NCBI GenBank assembly: GCA_964584965.1
Contig: CAZPBM010000001.1
Location: 9,841 to 73,840 of the forward strand
Source of the DNA: an uncultured Candidatus Bathyarchaeia archaeon
GTDB taxonomy: Archaea; Thermoproteota; Bathyarchaeia; Bathyarchaeales; DTEX01
Reading direction: 5' to 3'
DNA: 64,000 nt
Numbering within the stretch: the first letter of the stretch is position 1; each line of letters opens with the position of its first letter. Under the pieces are notes generated by a model. It ran no database searches. It worked only from the letters and a program-made list of their open reading frames with translations, and was not told the origin of the DNA. This document shows positions 27,380 through 37,085 of the stretch, piece by piece. Made by a program: the position numbers and the translations under genes.

Positions 27380-28819
27380 CTAGCCTTTACTTCTAATCTT
27401 TCTAACTTGATCTAATATTTGCCTCAAAATAATCTCGTCAGAAAAGACAGCTTTTGGAGGTTCAACTATTTTTTTTAAAGGTAAAGGCACATGATCCATA
27501 CGGTACGTTGTCCCTTCTGCTTCGATGCCGACGAAAGCTGAAGGTATCACGACGTCAGCCATTAAAGCTGTGGGAGACAAACATGGATCTATAACAATCA
27601 ATGGATGATTTACCATATTCTTGATTGATTCTTTTGGGAAACTGGACACTGGGTCAGCAGCTATAACAAGCGTGGTGTCACAGTCTTCACGTCTTAATAC
27701 ATCAACCGCTGATGTTTCACCTGGATTGTAGCGTGGATAACCCTGCGAAAAATCCACGGCGTACGGATATCCTGTTTGCCAAGTGAACACCGTGTCAGCT
27801 CCAGTAACGTTAAAATGTCCTCTCATAGGCATTATAAGAAATTTCGTTCGTCTATTAAGGTCCTGAGATAACTTTATTGCAGCTTCGACATTTCTATGTT
27901 TTCCTTCGCTCATTGTGAGTCCTAGTCCAAAGAAGATGATTCCGAATTTGCAATTTAACAAGATGTCAGCAAGTTCTTCAAGTTCAGTAACATTTACTCC
28001 ACCAACTTCATCGACATTAAGTTCTTCATCACGTATTAAAGCCCGGAGTGCTTGTAAAACTTCATAATCTTTTCCAGGTTCAACTTGAACAAAGTAGTCA
28101 GCTACATCGGCTGATCGTGTTTTTCGTACATCTACAACAACTACCTTTCGATCCTCGTTCGAAATTTTTTGAGCTTCCATTGTTTGTTTTTCAAAAAGAA
28201 CCGTGGGCTCTTGACGTTTACTGGTAATTTCAGAAATCCTTAGAATTTTCTTCTTAATTGACTCTGCATTGAACCGTCTCCAAAACTTGTGCCAAACACT
28301 TTTTTGAAATCGCCCATCTGAAAGGGCAGCATATCGTTCCATATGACGTGGGTGTGCGCTCCATGGATTGCTTCCCCAATAGATTATGAGGTCCGCGCGA
28401 TGCCGAATTTGCCCTAATGTAGCTCCTACAAGACCAACTTCTTGAACTGCAATTGTAGATGGACCATGGCAAATTGTGGAAGTGTTGTCAATAATTCCAC
28501 CTAATTCCTCAGCTAATTCTATTCCAACCTTAATGGATTCGCAGCTTGTACAACTCCAACCATAAAGTAAGGGAAGCTGAGAATTAGCTAGAATTTCTGC
28601 GCTTCTTTTAATCGCTTCACTGAATGACACTTTCACAAGTCTTCCATTTTTCTTTACCATTGGGGTTGTGTTTCTGTGTTTGTTATAGCTTTCGAATTTT
28701 GATGCGCCCATGGCGCAGGCATTTTTTACCTTGACGATTTCGTTGTTTTCAACTGTAACCTCTATGTCGTCGCAGCAACACCCACATACTGGGCAAATAA
28801 TGTTCGAGACTACTGGCAA
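27380..28819 (-). CDS. fwdB: Formylmethanofuran dehydrogenase subunit B (molybdopterin oxidoreductase family)
   Basis: N-terminal CPVCGCCCDD...VKNACAMG and the TSTICHGPS active-site Cys region (Cys, not an in-frame TGA). Confidence 0.85.
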   Translation of the reverse strand: MPVVSNIICPVCGCCCDDIEVTVENNEIVKVKNACAMGASKFESYNKHRNTTPMVKKNGRLVKVSFSEAIKRSAEILANSQLPLLYGWSCTSCESIKVGIELAEELGGIIDNTSTICHGPSTIAVQEVGLVGATLGQIRHRADLIIYWGSNPWSAHPRHMERYAALSDGRFQKSVWHKFWRRFNAESIKKKILRISEITSKRQEPTVLFEKQTMEAQKISNEDRKVVVVDVRKTRSADVADYFVQVEPGKDYEVLQALRALIRDEELNVDEVGGVNVTELEELADILLNCKFGIIFFGLGLTMSEGKHRNVEAAIKLSQDLNRRTKFLIMPMRGHFNVTGADTVFTWQTGYPYAVDFSQGYPRYNPGETSAVDVLRREDCDTTLVIAADPVSSFPKESIKNMVNHPLIVIDPCLSPTALMADVVIPSAFVGIEAEGTTYRMDHVPLPLKKIVEPPKAVFSDEIILRQILDQVRKIRSKG

Positions 28820-28823
28820 CTTT

Positions 28824-29222
28824 TTATTTCACCGTATGATTTTTCTTTGGTTCTTTTAGTAGAATCTCACGGATAGTTGGAATCTCATCACTTGTGGGTT
28901 CAATTATTGCCTTTACTCCCTTAATTAAAGGCATTCCTGTTCCATCTGTGTTTGACGTTAAAACCTGGTTTACCCATGGACCGTATGGAATGAAAACCAC
29001 GCCTCGAGTTCTAAGTCTTTGAGACTTGACCGCTCTAACGACTACCGAGCCAAACTCAGTTGTAACTTTCACATTATTCTTTTCTTTTATTCCTGAATTG
29101 TTCATGTCATCCGCGTTCATTTCGCAAATTGCCACCCTTTCTTTATAGTCTTTGGATTCTTTACCTGACTCTTTGCTACAACCTTGGTCTATTGTTCTGC
29201 CAGTCAGCAATATGGCTTCCAA
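28824..29222 (-). CDS. fwdD: Formylmethanofuran dehydrogenase subunit D (molybdopterin dinucleotide-binding domain)
   Basis: A protein of about 130 aa, LLTGRTIDQG...VAICEMNADDM...FIPYGPW, directly upstream of fwdB. Confidence 0.8.
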   Translation of the reverse strand: MEAILLTGRTIDQGCSKESGKESKDYKERVAICEMNADDMNNSGIKEKNNVKVTTEFGSVVVRAVKSQRLRTRGVVFIPYGPWVNQVLTSNTDGTGMPLIKGVKAIIEPTSDEIPTIREILLKEPKKNHTVK

Positions 29223-29421
29223 TCTTGGTCATCCACGGAATTTTTACCTTAATATTTGTTTTCGCATTTATCAAGTTACCGTTAATTTTCAGGAATCTTA
29301 ATGTTAAGAGAAGATTTAACTACTATCTTAACTGAAATTTTTGTAAGTCTTAATACATAGATTGTGCATTCATATTTAGATTAAAAAATATTGCATACAG
29401 AAAGCAACGGAGAGGCATGTA

Positions 29422-30321
29422 ATGTTTAGACTTAACAATGTTGATATTGATGATACCTTTGCAGAACTATTTGAAATGTGGGCTGGTAGAATCCTAATCA
29501 CAGCAGAAAACGAAAAATGGGCACTTACAGCAGCCAATGTATCTACAGGTTTTGCTTCATCGATAATTGGTTCTCCTTCTGAAGCTGGAATCGAAACCTT
29601 TGTTTCGCCAAACGAAACACTTGACAGTAGACCAGGCGTTTTGATACAAATTTACCATCAGACAAGAGAAGCCCTTAAAAAACAGATGATAAGCAGAATT
29701 GGCCAGTGCGTTATGACTTGTCCAACAACAGCAGCCTTTGATGGTTTACCTTCAGCTGCAAGAAAACTTAAGGTTGGAAGAAGCCTTAGGCTGTTCGGCG
29801 ATGGGTTTCAGAAAAAAGACGAATTTAGAGGAAGGAAAATTTGGCGTATTCCAGTTATGGAAGGCGAGTTTATTGTCGAAAGCACATTTGGCGTCGCGAA
29901 AGCTGTGGCAGGTGGAAATTTTTTGATCTTTGCAAAGGACTTCAGGCATGGATTGAGGGCAGCTGAGGATGCAGTAGATTCTATTCGAAAAAATGTGAAA
30001 TATGTGATTTTACCGTTTCCCGGAGGAATATGCAGGTCAGGCTCCAAAGTTGGCTCCCTGAAATATAAGCTCCCAGCATCGACCAACCATCCCTTCTGTC
30101 CGACACTAAAAGAACGTGTTTCATATACACAGGTACCTGAAAATGTCAAAAGCATCTACGAGATCGTCATAAATGGTCTTGACTTGGAATCCATCAAAAG
30201 AGCCATGGTAGAAGGCATAAACGCAGCTACTAAAGTTCAAGGTGTAGTTAAAATTTCAGCTGGAAACTATGGTGGGAAGATCGGTCAAATGAAGATCCAT
30301 CTAAGGGAAATATTGATATGA
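29422..30321 (+). CDS. ftr: Formylmethanofuran--tetrahydromethanopterin N-formyltransferase
   Basis: IDDTFAELFEMWAGRILITAENEKWALTAANVSTGFASSIIGSPSEAGIE is the typical Ftr N-terminus. SD GGAGAGG lies 6 nt upstream. Confidence 0.9.
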   Translation: MFRLNNVDIDDTFAELFEMWAGRILITAENEKWALTAANVSTGFASSIIGSPSEAGIETFVSPNETLDSRPGVLIQIYHQTREALKKQMISRIGQCVMTCPTTAAFDGLPSAARKLKVGRSLRLFGDGFQKKDEFRGRKIWRIPVMEGEFIVESTFGVAKAVAGGNFLIFAKDFRHGLRAAEDAVDSIRKNVKYVILPFPGGICRSGSKVGSLKYKLPASTNHPFCPTLKERVSYTQVPENVKSIYEIVINGLDLESIKRAMVEGINAATKVQGVVKISAGNYGGKIGQMKIHLREILI

Positions 30322-30325
30322 GGTT

Positions 30326-31033
30326 TTAGGTCATTCGAAGTCTTCTTCGAACTTCTGGTTTCTCGTCTGCAAGCCTCTTCAGTGCTGACTCAAAGTTTTC
30401 TTCTGGTGATATTGCCCTTTCTATAAAGAGTCCAGTTCTCCCGACTTTGTTTCTCCGTGTGAGGGCGCGGCAACGATCTATAACTGTCTCAACTGATATT
30501 TTTAGAATGCTAGCAACATGTTCTTCTCGACCAATTATGCTGCTTTCTACATGGCCGAACTGTGTAGGTTCAATAAGCATCAACCTTTTATCAACTCCTG
30601 ATACCCTTAAGTCATTTCTTATTGTATCTAAATTTGCTTCTCCGCTGAAAACGTAAAATTCTCTTTCAGTTTTCCTCATTTTTGTTAATGGAAACGAGAC
30701 AGTTCTTTTTTCACCAATCTCGATATAACCTTTTAGTGCATATGTCGGCGTAGCCTGCACTATGAATTTGTCGAGTATTCGATACCGTGACTTTTCAAGA
30801 GCTGTCTCAATGGAAAACGAAGAAACCAGCTGAGGGATGAAAACGTCTATGTCACTTTTTTGAGTAACATCTCCTCTTGCTATGCTTCCGTGAACTACTG
30901 AAAAAATATGTTGTTTTTCAAGAGCTTCCATTATGCCTGCTGCTTCAATCCTCAATTTCTTCAATAAATTCCAATGTTTTACGCTATAGATTCTTTCTTT
31001 GGTTTCTATATGCAACATGGGTTTGCTTACCAA
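30326..31033 (-). CDS. Pol-beta-superfamily nucleotidyltransferase-domain protein
   Basis: VVHGSIARGDVTQKSDIDVFIP (the GS-x9-DxD NTase motif). The C-terminal half is not recognised. Confidence 0.55.
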   Translation of the reverse strand: MVSKPMLHIETKERIYSVKHWNLLKKLRIEAAGIMEALEKQHIFSVVHGSIARGDVTQKSDIDVFIPQLVSSFSIETALEKSRYRILDKFIVQATPTYALKGYIEIGEKRTVSFPLTKMRKTEREFYVFSGEANLDTIRNDLRVSGVDKRLMLIEPTQFGHVESSIIGREEHVASILKISVETVIDRCRALTRRNKVGRTGLFIERAISPEENFESALKRLADEKPEVRRRLRMT

Positions 31034-31181
31034 TTCGCCACATCTTCAGGTTCAAGAATGCCAATTGCTTACGTATTTATCTAGGTCCAACTATATCTTA
31101 TATTGCATTAATACATGTAAAAGTCCTTTAGCAAAAACCTATTAAAGTGTAGATATTACTAATTCTGAAAGGATTCTGAAA

Positions 31182-32111
31182 ATGGTCGCATGCTCGGTTT
31201 GCAGGCAAAATGAAGCCTTCTATTTTCGACAGTATTCAGGAGAGAGACTCTGCAAAGGGTGTTTCCTCGATTCGATTGAAAATAAGGTTCGCGTCACAAT
31301 CAGCAAACACAAAATGTTCACGATAGATGACAAGATAGCCATCGCTGTTTCTGGGGGAAAGGACAGCGTAAGCCTTCTGCATGTTCTTTCTAAAATTGAG
31401 AGGGATTTCCCAAGTACAACTTTATGGGCGATCACAATAGACGAAGGCATAAAAGGTTATAGAGACGAAGCAATAGAAATCGCTGCAAGAAATTGCAGAC
31501 AACTTGGTATTGAACACCTTAAAGTGTCCTTCGAGGAACTCTTCGGCTGCACTTTAGATGAGATCGTTAAGAAAACACGTAGAGAGAAAATAACACCTTG
31601 TGCGTATTGCGGAATCCTCAGGAGAAGAGCGTTAAATGCTGCAGCGAGGCAGTTAGGCATAAGTAAGATTGCCACAGCACATACACTAGACGACGAAATC
31701 CAAACGTTTCTTTTGAACATTCTTCATGGCGACATAACCAGAATAGCTCGGTCGAACTCTTTCGGTCGTGAAATCTCTAAAAACCTTGTGCCGCGAGTGA
31801 AGCCTCTGTGTGAGGTTATGGAACGTGAGTCCACTTTGTACGCCTACATAAAGCACATCCAGTTTCAAGAGATGCCCTGTCCCTATGCCGGCGAGGCTCT
31901 AAGGAATGATGTGCGAAATGCTCTTAACCGGCTTGAAGAAAAACATCCGGGCACGAAATACACAATCTTTAGGTCAATGGAAAAAGTTCAAAAAGCAATA
32001 GAGGCAACAAATAAAGACTTGTCTGTAAAAAAATGCGAAAACTGTGGAGAACCAACAAACAGAAATTTATGCCAAACCTGCCAAGTCCTACGAAGGTTTA
32101 GGGCACTATGA
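31182..32111 (+). CDS. tRNA 2-thiolation PP-loop ATPase (TtuA/Ncs6 family)
   Basis: N-terminal CxxC...CxxC, the PP-loop AVSGGKDS, and C-terminal CENCGE...CQTC. Confidence 0.85.
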   Translation: MVACSVCRQNEAFYFRQYSGERLCKGCFLDSIENKVRVTISKHKMFTIDDKIAIAVSGGKDSVSLLHVLSKIERDFPSTTLWAITIDEGIKGYRDEAIEIAARNCRQLGIEHLKVSFEELFGCTLDEIVKKTRREKITPCAYCGILRRRALNAAARQLGISKIATAHTLDDEIQTFLLNILHGDITRIARSNSFGREISKNLVPRVKPLCEVMERESTLYAYIKHIQFQEMPCPYAGEALRNDVRNALNRLEEKHPGTKYTIFRSMEKVQKAIEATNKDLSVKKCENCGEPTNRNLCQTCQVLRRFRAL

Positions 32112-32133
32112 GACTAGGTGACCTAAGAGTGGA

Positions 32134-32138
32134 AAAAT
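32134..32138 (-). terminator. Oligo-T termination signal after the SRP RNA
   Basis: A T5 run lies immediately after the 3' strand of the terminal helix. Confidence 0.4.
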
Positions 32139-32468
32139 GGCGGGTCACTGATGTTCGACGTACAGTTTTTGCCAGGTTCCATCGGACTCTTCACTCGTAC
32201 CCGCACTCCTCTGAGCGCCAAACGTCCAAGCTTAGGTTGCTCCCTCCCGGGCCTGGCCAGGTTCGCTTGGTAAACATGGAAACAACCTCCTTACAGAGGG
32301 CGTTCCATGTCCGTTAGCCCCAGAGGACGGATATTCACAGATAGACGACCGAAGTTCCTAGCAATCTTTTACGCCTTGCATCAGCTGTCGGCCCGTCGTA
32401 AAGGGGGGTTTACGGTCAAGGCTTAAAGTCCTTTCAAGGGACCCCTAGCCCCCCGCCTAAGACCCGCC
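32139..32468 (-). ncRNA. ffs: Signal recognition particle (7S) RNA, archaeal type
   Basis: On the minus strand, the 5' GGCGGGUC pairs with the 3' GACCCGCC. The helix-8 motif CCAGGCCCGGGAGGGAGCAACC carries a GGGA GNRA loop and AGCA (compare E. coli CAGGUCCGGAAGGAAGCAGCC). The local GC content is far above the surroundings. It is followed by AUUUUU. Confidence 0.85.
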
Positions 32469-32492
32469 AAGAAAAATCTACGGTTTAAGGTG

Positions 32493-32500
32493 TTAATAAA
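32493..32500 (-). promoter_or_regulatory. TATA-box candidate (TTTATTAA) for the SRP RNA
   Basis: It ends 24 nt upstream of the first G of the terminal helix. Confidence 0.45.
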
Positions 32501-32513
32501 AGCTTTTGAAATT

Positions 32514-33797
32514 CTAGCTGCCTTTTTGTAGAATTTGCATTAGCATGGGCATGAGAGTTGTTCCGTGCTCTATTGTTCCTAAGATTCCCTTTTGACAGCT
32601 TCTTTCTGAATATTTTTTTAAGCCATCTGGTTTGATTTTGTTTCCTGCTATTAGCAAAGGAACAGGGTCATCACTGTGCGATTTCAAGATGCATGGTGTC
32701 GAATGGTCTGCTGTTATGCAGATTATGGTTTCCTTAAGATCTATTTTTTGCAGAATTTCGCCGAAGAAGTATTGATCGATGTCTTCTATTACTTTGGTCT
32801 TTCGTTGGAAGTTGCCGTCGTGTCCTGGTTCATCTGGGCCTTTTAGGTGAATGTAGAAACAGTCGTACGTTTGTAGAAGGTTGAGGAGTTTTTCAACTCG
32901 GATCTTCATATCAGACTTAATGTCACTTGAAGGTGGAGGAAGATCAACTAAGTCCATTCCAGCTAATCGTGAGATTCCTCTTTCAACAGGCATGTCTGCT
33001 AAACAAGCAAACTGGACATTATAACGTTCATTGATGTTGAAAAAGGTGGGTAACTCGTCGCCTGCGTCCCTGGATAATATGACGTTTGCCTTCATTTTTC
33101 CTGTTGCTGAGCGTCTTATGTTGACTTCGTGTTTTTCCAGTACCATATGACTTTTTTCGGTAAATTCGTTGACAAGTTGAGCTGAAATCTTCGCTGCTTT
33201 TGTATCTGCCATTGGTAGACATTCAACCAAAACCATGTCAACATTTTTCTTGGCTACACCCAACCCAGCCATTCTCTCGTAAGCAGGGTCGGTGTTCGAA
33301 ATTTTCCCTGACAGCTTAATTTTTTGACTTTTTATGACCAAGACTCCTCTATGTCCAAGAGTGTTCTTGAAACAGAATTCAGCAGGATGCGATTCCAATT
33401 TAACCTTTTGGTTAACTTCTTTAGTGAGAAGTGTTGCTTCCTCTGTGGTTAGGTCTCTCCCTGCTCTTCGGTCAATCAATTTTTTGTTTTCGTTCATTGT
33501 TGCAAAGTTGCACCGTAAGGCAAGGTCTCCGTTTTTCATGTCCAATCCTGCACCATAGGCCTCTAATGGGCCGCGTCCTACATGGTATTTGAATGGGTCA
33601 TACCCTAAAATTGAGATGACTGCCACATCACTTTCAGGCGCTATTCCTCTGCCAACGGTGTACATTAGACCAAGTTTTCCCTTTGTTGCAAGATAATCCA
33701 TGTTTGGAGTTTCAGCGTATTCCAATGGTGTCTTAAAATCGAGTTCTGGGACTGGTAGGTCACTCACGCCGTCTATTACGACGTAGATTAATTTCAA
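32514..33797 (-). CDS. apgM: 2,3-bisphosphoglycerate-independent phosphoglycerate mutase, archaeal type
   Basis: MKLIYVVIDGVSDLP...TPLEYAETPNMDYLA...GIAPESDVAVISILGYDP and ITADHSTP. Confidence 0.9.
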   Translation of the reverse strand: MKLIYVVIDGVSDLPVPELDFKTPLEYAETPNMDYLATKGKLGLMYTVGRGIAPESDVAVISILGYDPFKYHVGRGPLEAYGAGLDMKNGDLALRCNFATMNENKKLIDRRAGRDLTTEEATLLTKEVNQKVKLESHPAEFCFKNTLGHRGVLVIKSQKIKLSGKISNTDPAYERMAGLGVAKKNVDMVLVECLPMADTKAAKISAQLVNEFTEKSHMVLEKHEVNIRRSATGKMKANVILSRDAGDELPTFFNINERYNVQFACLADMPVERGISRLAGMDLVDLPPPSSDIKSDMKIRVEKLLNLLQTYDCFYIHLKGPDEPGHDGNFQRKTKVIEDIDQYFFGEILQKIDLKETIICITADHSTPCILKSHSDDPVPLLIAGNKIKPDGLKKYSERSCQKGILGTIEHGTTLMPMLMQILQKGS

Positions 33798-33958
33798 TGC
33801 TTTTTCGCTCCTGACTTAATGTGTAAAGTTGAGCTAATATTATGAATGAATCTAAAAAACTTTAGTCATTACACCAAAAATAAGGTTTAGTTTAAGTGCA
33901 GTAATGCTTATTAGAATCTGTTGAAAATTTTGCTTCCGCATCTAGGAGGAAAAACAGG

Positions 33959-35008
33959 TTGCCCGTGTTCTCTGCTGAGCAATTGAGAGAAATTGGAACA
34001 AAGATTTTTTTGGCTGCTGGCGCATCTCGTGAAGAGGCAGAATTGGTATCAAACCTTCTCGTTAAAGCAAACTTAGTAGGACATGACTCTCACGGAATCA
34101 TTAGGGTCATCCAGTACGTAAAAGCAATCCAGAAAGGGGACATTAATACTAACGCAAAACTCGAAATTGTAAAAGAAACTCCATCTTCAGCTTTAGTTAA
34201 TGGAAACTGGGGATTTGGGCAGGTGATTGCGAAGAAGGCGATGGAAATTGCCATTAACAAGGGAAGAAAAGGAACCGTTGGCACAGTATGTGCTTTTAAC
34301 GTTTACCATGTTGGAAGACTGGCGGACTACACGATGATGGCGGCTGAAAATGACATGATAGGAATTGCGATGGCCAATTCGCTTCGAAGTGTAGCAGCAT
34401 ACGGAGGTGTAGAACGTTTGCTAAGCACTGGGCCTTTAAGTTACGCTTTTCCCTGTGGGGGCGAATTTCCGTTTGTTTTGGACATTGCTACAAGCGTTGT
34501 TGCTGAAGGAAAATTAAGAGTGGCTCTGCACAAGGGAGAAAAACTTTCAGAGGGCTGCATAATTGACAAGAAAGGAAATCCCTCAACAAATCCATCTGAC
34601 TATTACGATGGTGGAGCTTTACTTCCGTTAGGTGGCGATTCTTTTGGACATAAAGGGTTTGGAATTGGACTTGCCGTAGAAGTACTATCAGGTATCCTTT
34701 CACTGTCTGGACAGTCCTATTTGCCAAACAAAAAAGGAAATGGCCTTTTCTTCCAAGCCATAAACATTGAAAACTTTTTACCCATCGATGAATTTAAAAG
34801 GCAGATTGACGCTCTTATTGAAAGGACGAAATCATGTAAGGTCAGACCTGGATTTTCAGAGATACTTATCCCTGGGGAACTTGAATGGAGAACTGAAAGG
34901 GAACAGCTGAATAAAGGAATTTATCTACCTGATAGAACATGGGAAGAAATCCAAATAATAGCATCATCTTACGGTTTAAATTTGAATGCGATTATTAATT
35001 TGGGTTAA
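33959..35008 (+). CDS. Ldh_2-family malate/L-sulfolactate/(R)-2-hydroxyacid dehydrogenase
   Basis: GHDSHGIIRV, AFNVYHVGRLADY and GHKGFGIGLAVEVLSG. TTG start with SD GGAGGA 8 nt upstream. Confidence 0.8.
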   Translation: MPVFSAEQLREIGTKIFLAAGASREEAELVSNLLVKANLVGHDSHGIIRVIQYVKAIQKGDINTNAKLEIVKETPSSALVNGNWGFGQVIAKKAMEIAINKGRKGTVGTVCAFNVYHVGRLADYTMMAAENDMIGIAMANSLRSVAAYGGVERLLSTGPLSYAFPCGGEFPFVLDIATSVVAEGKLRVALHKGEKLSEGCIIDKKGNPSTNPSDYYDGGALLPLGGDSFGHKGFGIGLAVEVLSGILSLSGQSYLPNKKGNGLFFQAINIENFLPIDEFKRQIDALIERTKSCKVRPGFSEILIPGELEWRTEREQLNKGIYLPDRTWEEIQIIASSYGLNLNAIINLG

Positions 35009-35162
35009 TTTATGTTATTAGGATATTTTTTGGCTTATTGTTCCTATAGGAATTTTACTGTTTGCGGCTAATTTTTCGCATTTTTTCTCATTTTTTTACA
35101 GTTTAGTGTTAACTGAATGAATAAACCAGCTAAAACGGAATATTATTCTCTGATATACTTGC

Positions 35163-36011
35163 ATGTTGGAAAGATGTTTAACCATTCAGGCTGATTTTAA
35201 AGTGGGTTGGGCGAACATGGTTCATGCTGGTCTAATTGCACAAATTGATTCTTTCCTGAATAGTGAAGAAAAGAAATTGGAAGCTTTACAGAATTCATTA
35301 CAGCACCAGAAGATTTCGCAGTCCACTTTTGATATGGCGGAGAAAAGAATCAGGCATGGAATTTTACTTGCTACTGATTTAAAAGAGGCAATTAAGGTTG
35401 AGGAGGACTGTTGGCGAAGCAGCCTTTCAGAAGTATCAAGAATATTAGAGATGCGTCTTCTTGAATTTCAACACAAATTTTTTTTGGGCGAAATTGGAGA
35501 GGACGAATTGGCACAAAAAAGCGTCATACTAAGTCAAGGGTTAATTTTCCTGAGGGAAGCAAGTGATTCTAAAGAAGTAAAGGTTCCAGAGAATAAACAA
35601 GAAACTCTTGTGGAGGTGTCTGTCCAAACTTTACCTTTAACTGTCAGCCAAGAGGTAATTGAGCCGATTCAACTGTCTCAGGAAGATATTGCTGACTCCG
35701 TGGAATCTAAAATTAATGAAACACCGGTCTTGTCTGTTGCTTGTGAAGGGAAACTAGCTAAGCCTGCTCAATTCAAAAGAACTTCGAATGGTGAACAGTC
35801 TTCTAGTAGACGTAGGAAACTATTAAGCAAGGATCCTTCTGATCTTGGCACATCAGTCGATTCTGCGTCGCATTGTATGAATCCATGGAAGCCTGAATGC
35901 AGGAGCACTGACATTGAACTAAGCATATACTATAAGGGTCGCCCAACTCCAATCTGCCATAAATGTTGGGAAGACATCTCCAGTAAGAACATTGAATGGT
36001 CAAGTTTGTAA
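35163..36011 (+). CDS. Hypothetical coiled-coil protein with a C-terminal Cys/His zinc-ribbon-like tail
   Basis: Two G/K-(I)-S/G-x3-F/L helical motifs (QKISQSTFDMAEKRI, GEIGEDELAQKSV), an acidic/Ser linker, and HCMNPWKPEC...CHKCW at the C-terminus. The start is uncertain (no SD). Confidence 0.4.
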   Translation: MLERCLTIQADFKVGWANMVHAGLIAQIDSFLNSEEKKLEALQNSLQHQKISQSTFDMAEKRIRHGILLATDLKEAIKVEEDCWRSSLSEVSRILEMRLLEFQHKFFLGEIGEDELAQKSVILSQGLIFLREASDSKEVKVPENKQETLVEVSVQTLPLTVSQEVIEPIQLSQEDIADSVESKINETPVLSVACEGKLAKPAQFKRTSNGEQSSSRRRKLLSKDPSDLGTSVDSASHCMNPWKPECRSTDIELSIYYKGRPTPICHKCWEDISSKNIEWSSL

Positions 36012-36078
36012 ACCAAATAGTTAAATCTGTTTTTCTGATTTTATACTTGAAGATTCAGAATCTGGAAAAACAATATTG

Positions 36079-36480
36079 TTAAGTCTTGTTTGCATATTTT
36101 TTCTTTTTAAGGTCTTGTAGCTTTCTATAATAGGTTTCAATGGTTTTTTGGTCGATGTAACCCTTATGGGGACGGAAGCCGCCTGTGAAGCCTTTTGGCA
36201 CATGAAGTAGTTCGTGGATTATGGTTTTTTCTTTGTCAGCTTGGCTGAGTTTGTCATAGTTTTCTGAGATTACTTCAATTATGTATGATGGTGGTTGGCG
36301 AAGAGCTTCTTGCCATATTCTTCCTAAGCCATGTATGCGGGCGAGAACGCGGCGAGATTTGGAACCTTTGCTTCTTACGCAGTATACGAACTGTGGAACT
36401 ACATGAAAAAAATTTAGGCTCTCAGCGATGTTGTCGACTAGTTTTTTAACATCAGGTGCTTCATGATATTCTATTGCCAT
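36079..36480 (-). CDS. Predicted small zinc metallopeptidase (HExxH; SprT/DUF45-like)
   Basis: IIHELLHVPKGFTGGFRPH contains HELLH plus a downstream His. Confidence 0.5.
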   Translation of the reverse strand: MAIEYHEAPDVKKLVDNIAESLNFFHVVPQFVYCVRSKGSKSRRVLARIHGLGRIWQEALRQPPSYIIEVISENYDKLSQADKEKTIIHELLHVPKGFTGGFRPHKGYIDQKTIETYYRKLQDLKKKKYANKT

Positions 36481-36669
36481 ACTTTCTTCATCTCACTTTT
36501 TTCTGTTTATCATCATGTAAACTGTGGAATTCAAGTGTTTCTTAGTGAACCATAGGCATCTTAGTTTCTTAAAATTCTTATTGAAATGATTTCACAAAAC
36601 AGTAACTCTGTCGACACAAATATGGAAATCTGGATTACGGTTCAAAAAAATGAGGGTAAAACACCTTGG

Positions 36670-36903
36670 TTAATCTGCGTCTGCATCCTTTCTTGCTTTT
36701 GGTGTGAGAATCCAAGATGAAGTGTTTCCTATTTGATGGAACCCTTTTTCTTTCAGAATTCCTATTGCTCGTTTTTTCATTGTGTAATTAACCTTGCTTT
36801 CGAATCTTAATCTTATTTTAAAGGGTTTGCCATCGATTGTTGTTGAAGTAAAAACCCCGTTTTTTTCCAAGAAGTCTAAAATGTCAAAAGCAGTTTCAGC
36901 CAA
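36670..36903 (-). CDS. Small hypothetical protein
   Basis: TTG start with SD GAGGGT 6 nt upstream. 77 aa. No family recognised. Confidence 0.45.
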   Translation of the reverse strand: MAETAFDILDFLEKNGVFTSTTIDGKPFKIRLRFESKVNYTMKKRAIGILKEKGFHQIGNTSSWILTPKARKDADAD

Positions 36904-37085
36904 TGTTTTACCCTCGGAGTTCTGTTACTTAAAATCGTATTTAAGTGTGCTGTGTTTTTGAGGGGGGAGGGGGGTATATATAGTCCAGTCAGTTTTCCTG
37001 ACCATGAATGTGGTTTGACATTTGTTTGTGCCTCATGTGGAATGAAACGTTTAATATTATGAATATTTCATAATCTTTAGAAGAG

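Noticed and set aside
27380-28819. Possible selenocysteine (in-frame TGA) in FwdB, as in some methanogens
   Set aside because: The ORF is uninterrupted, and the active-site position reads Cys (TSTICHGPS).
32108-32317. 69-aa plus-strand ORF
   Set aside because: It lies entirely within the SRP RNA gene on the other strand. Its GC-rich composition is explained by RNA structure.
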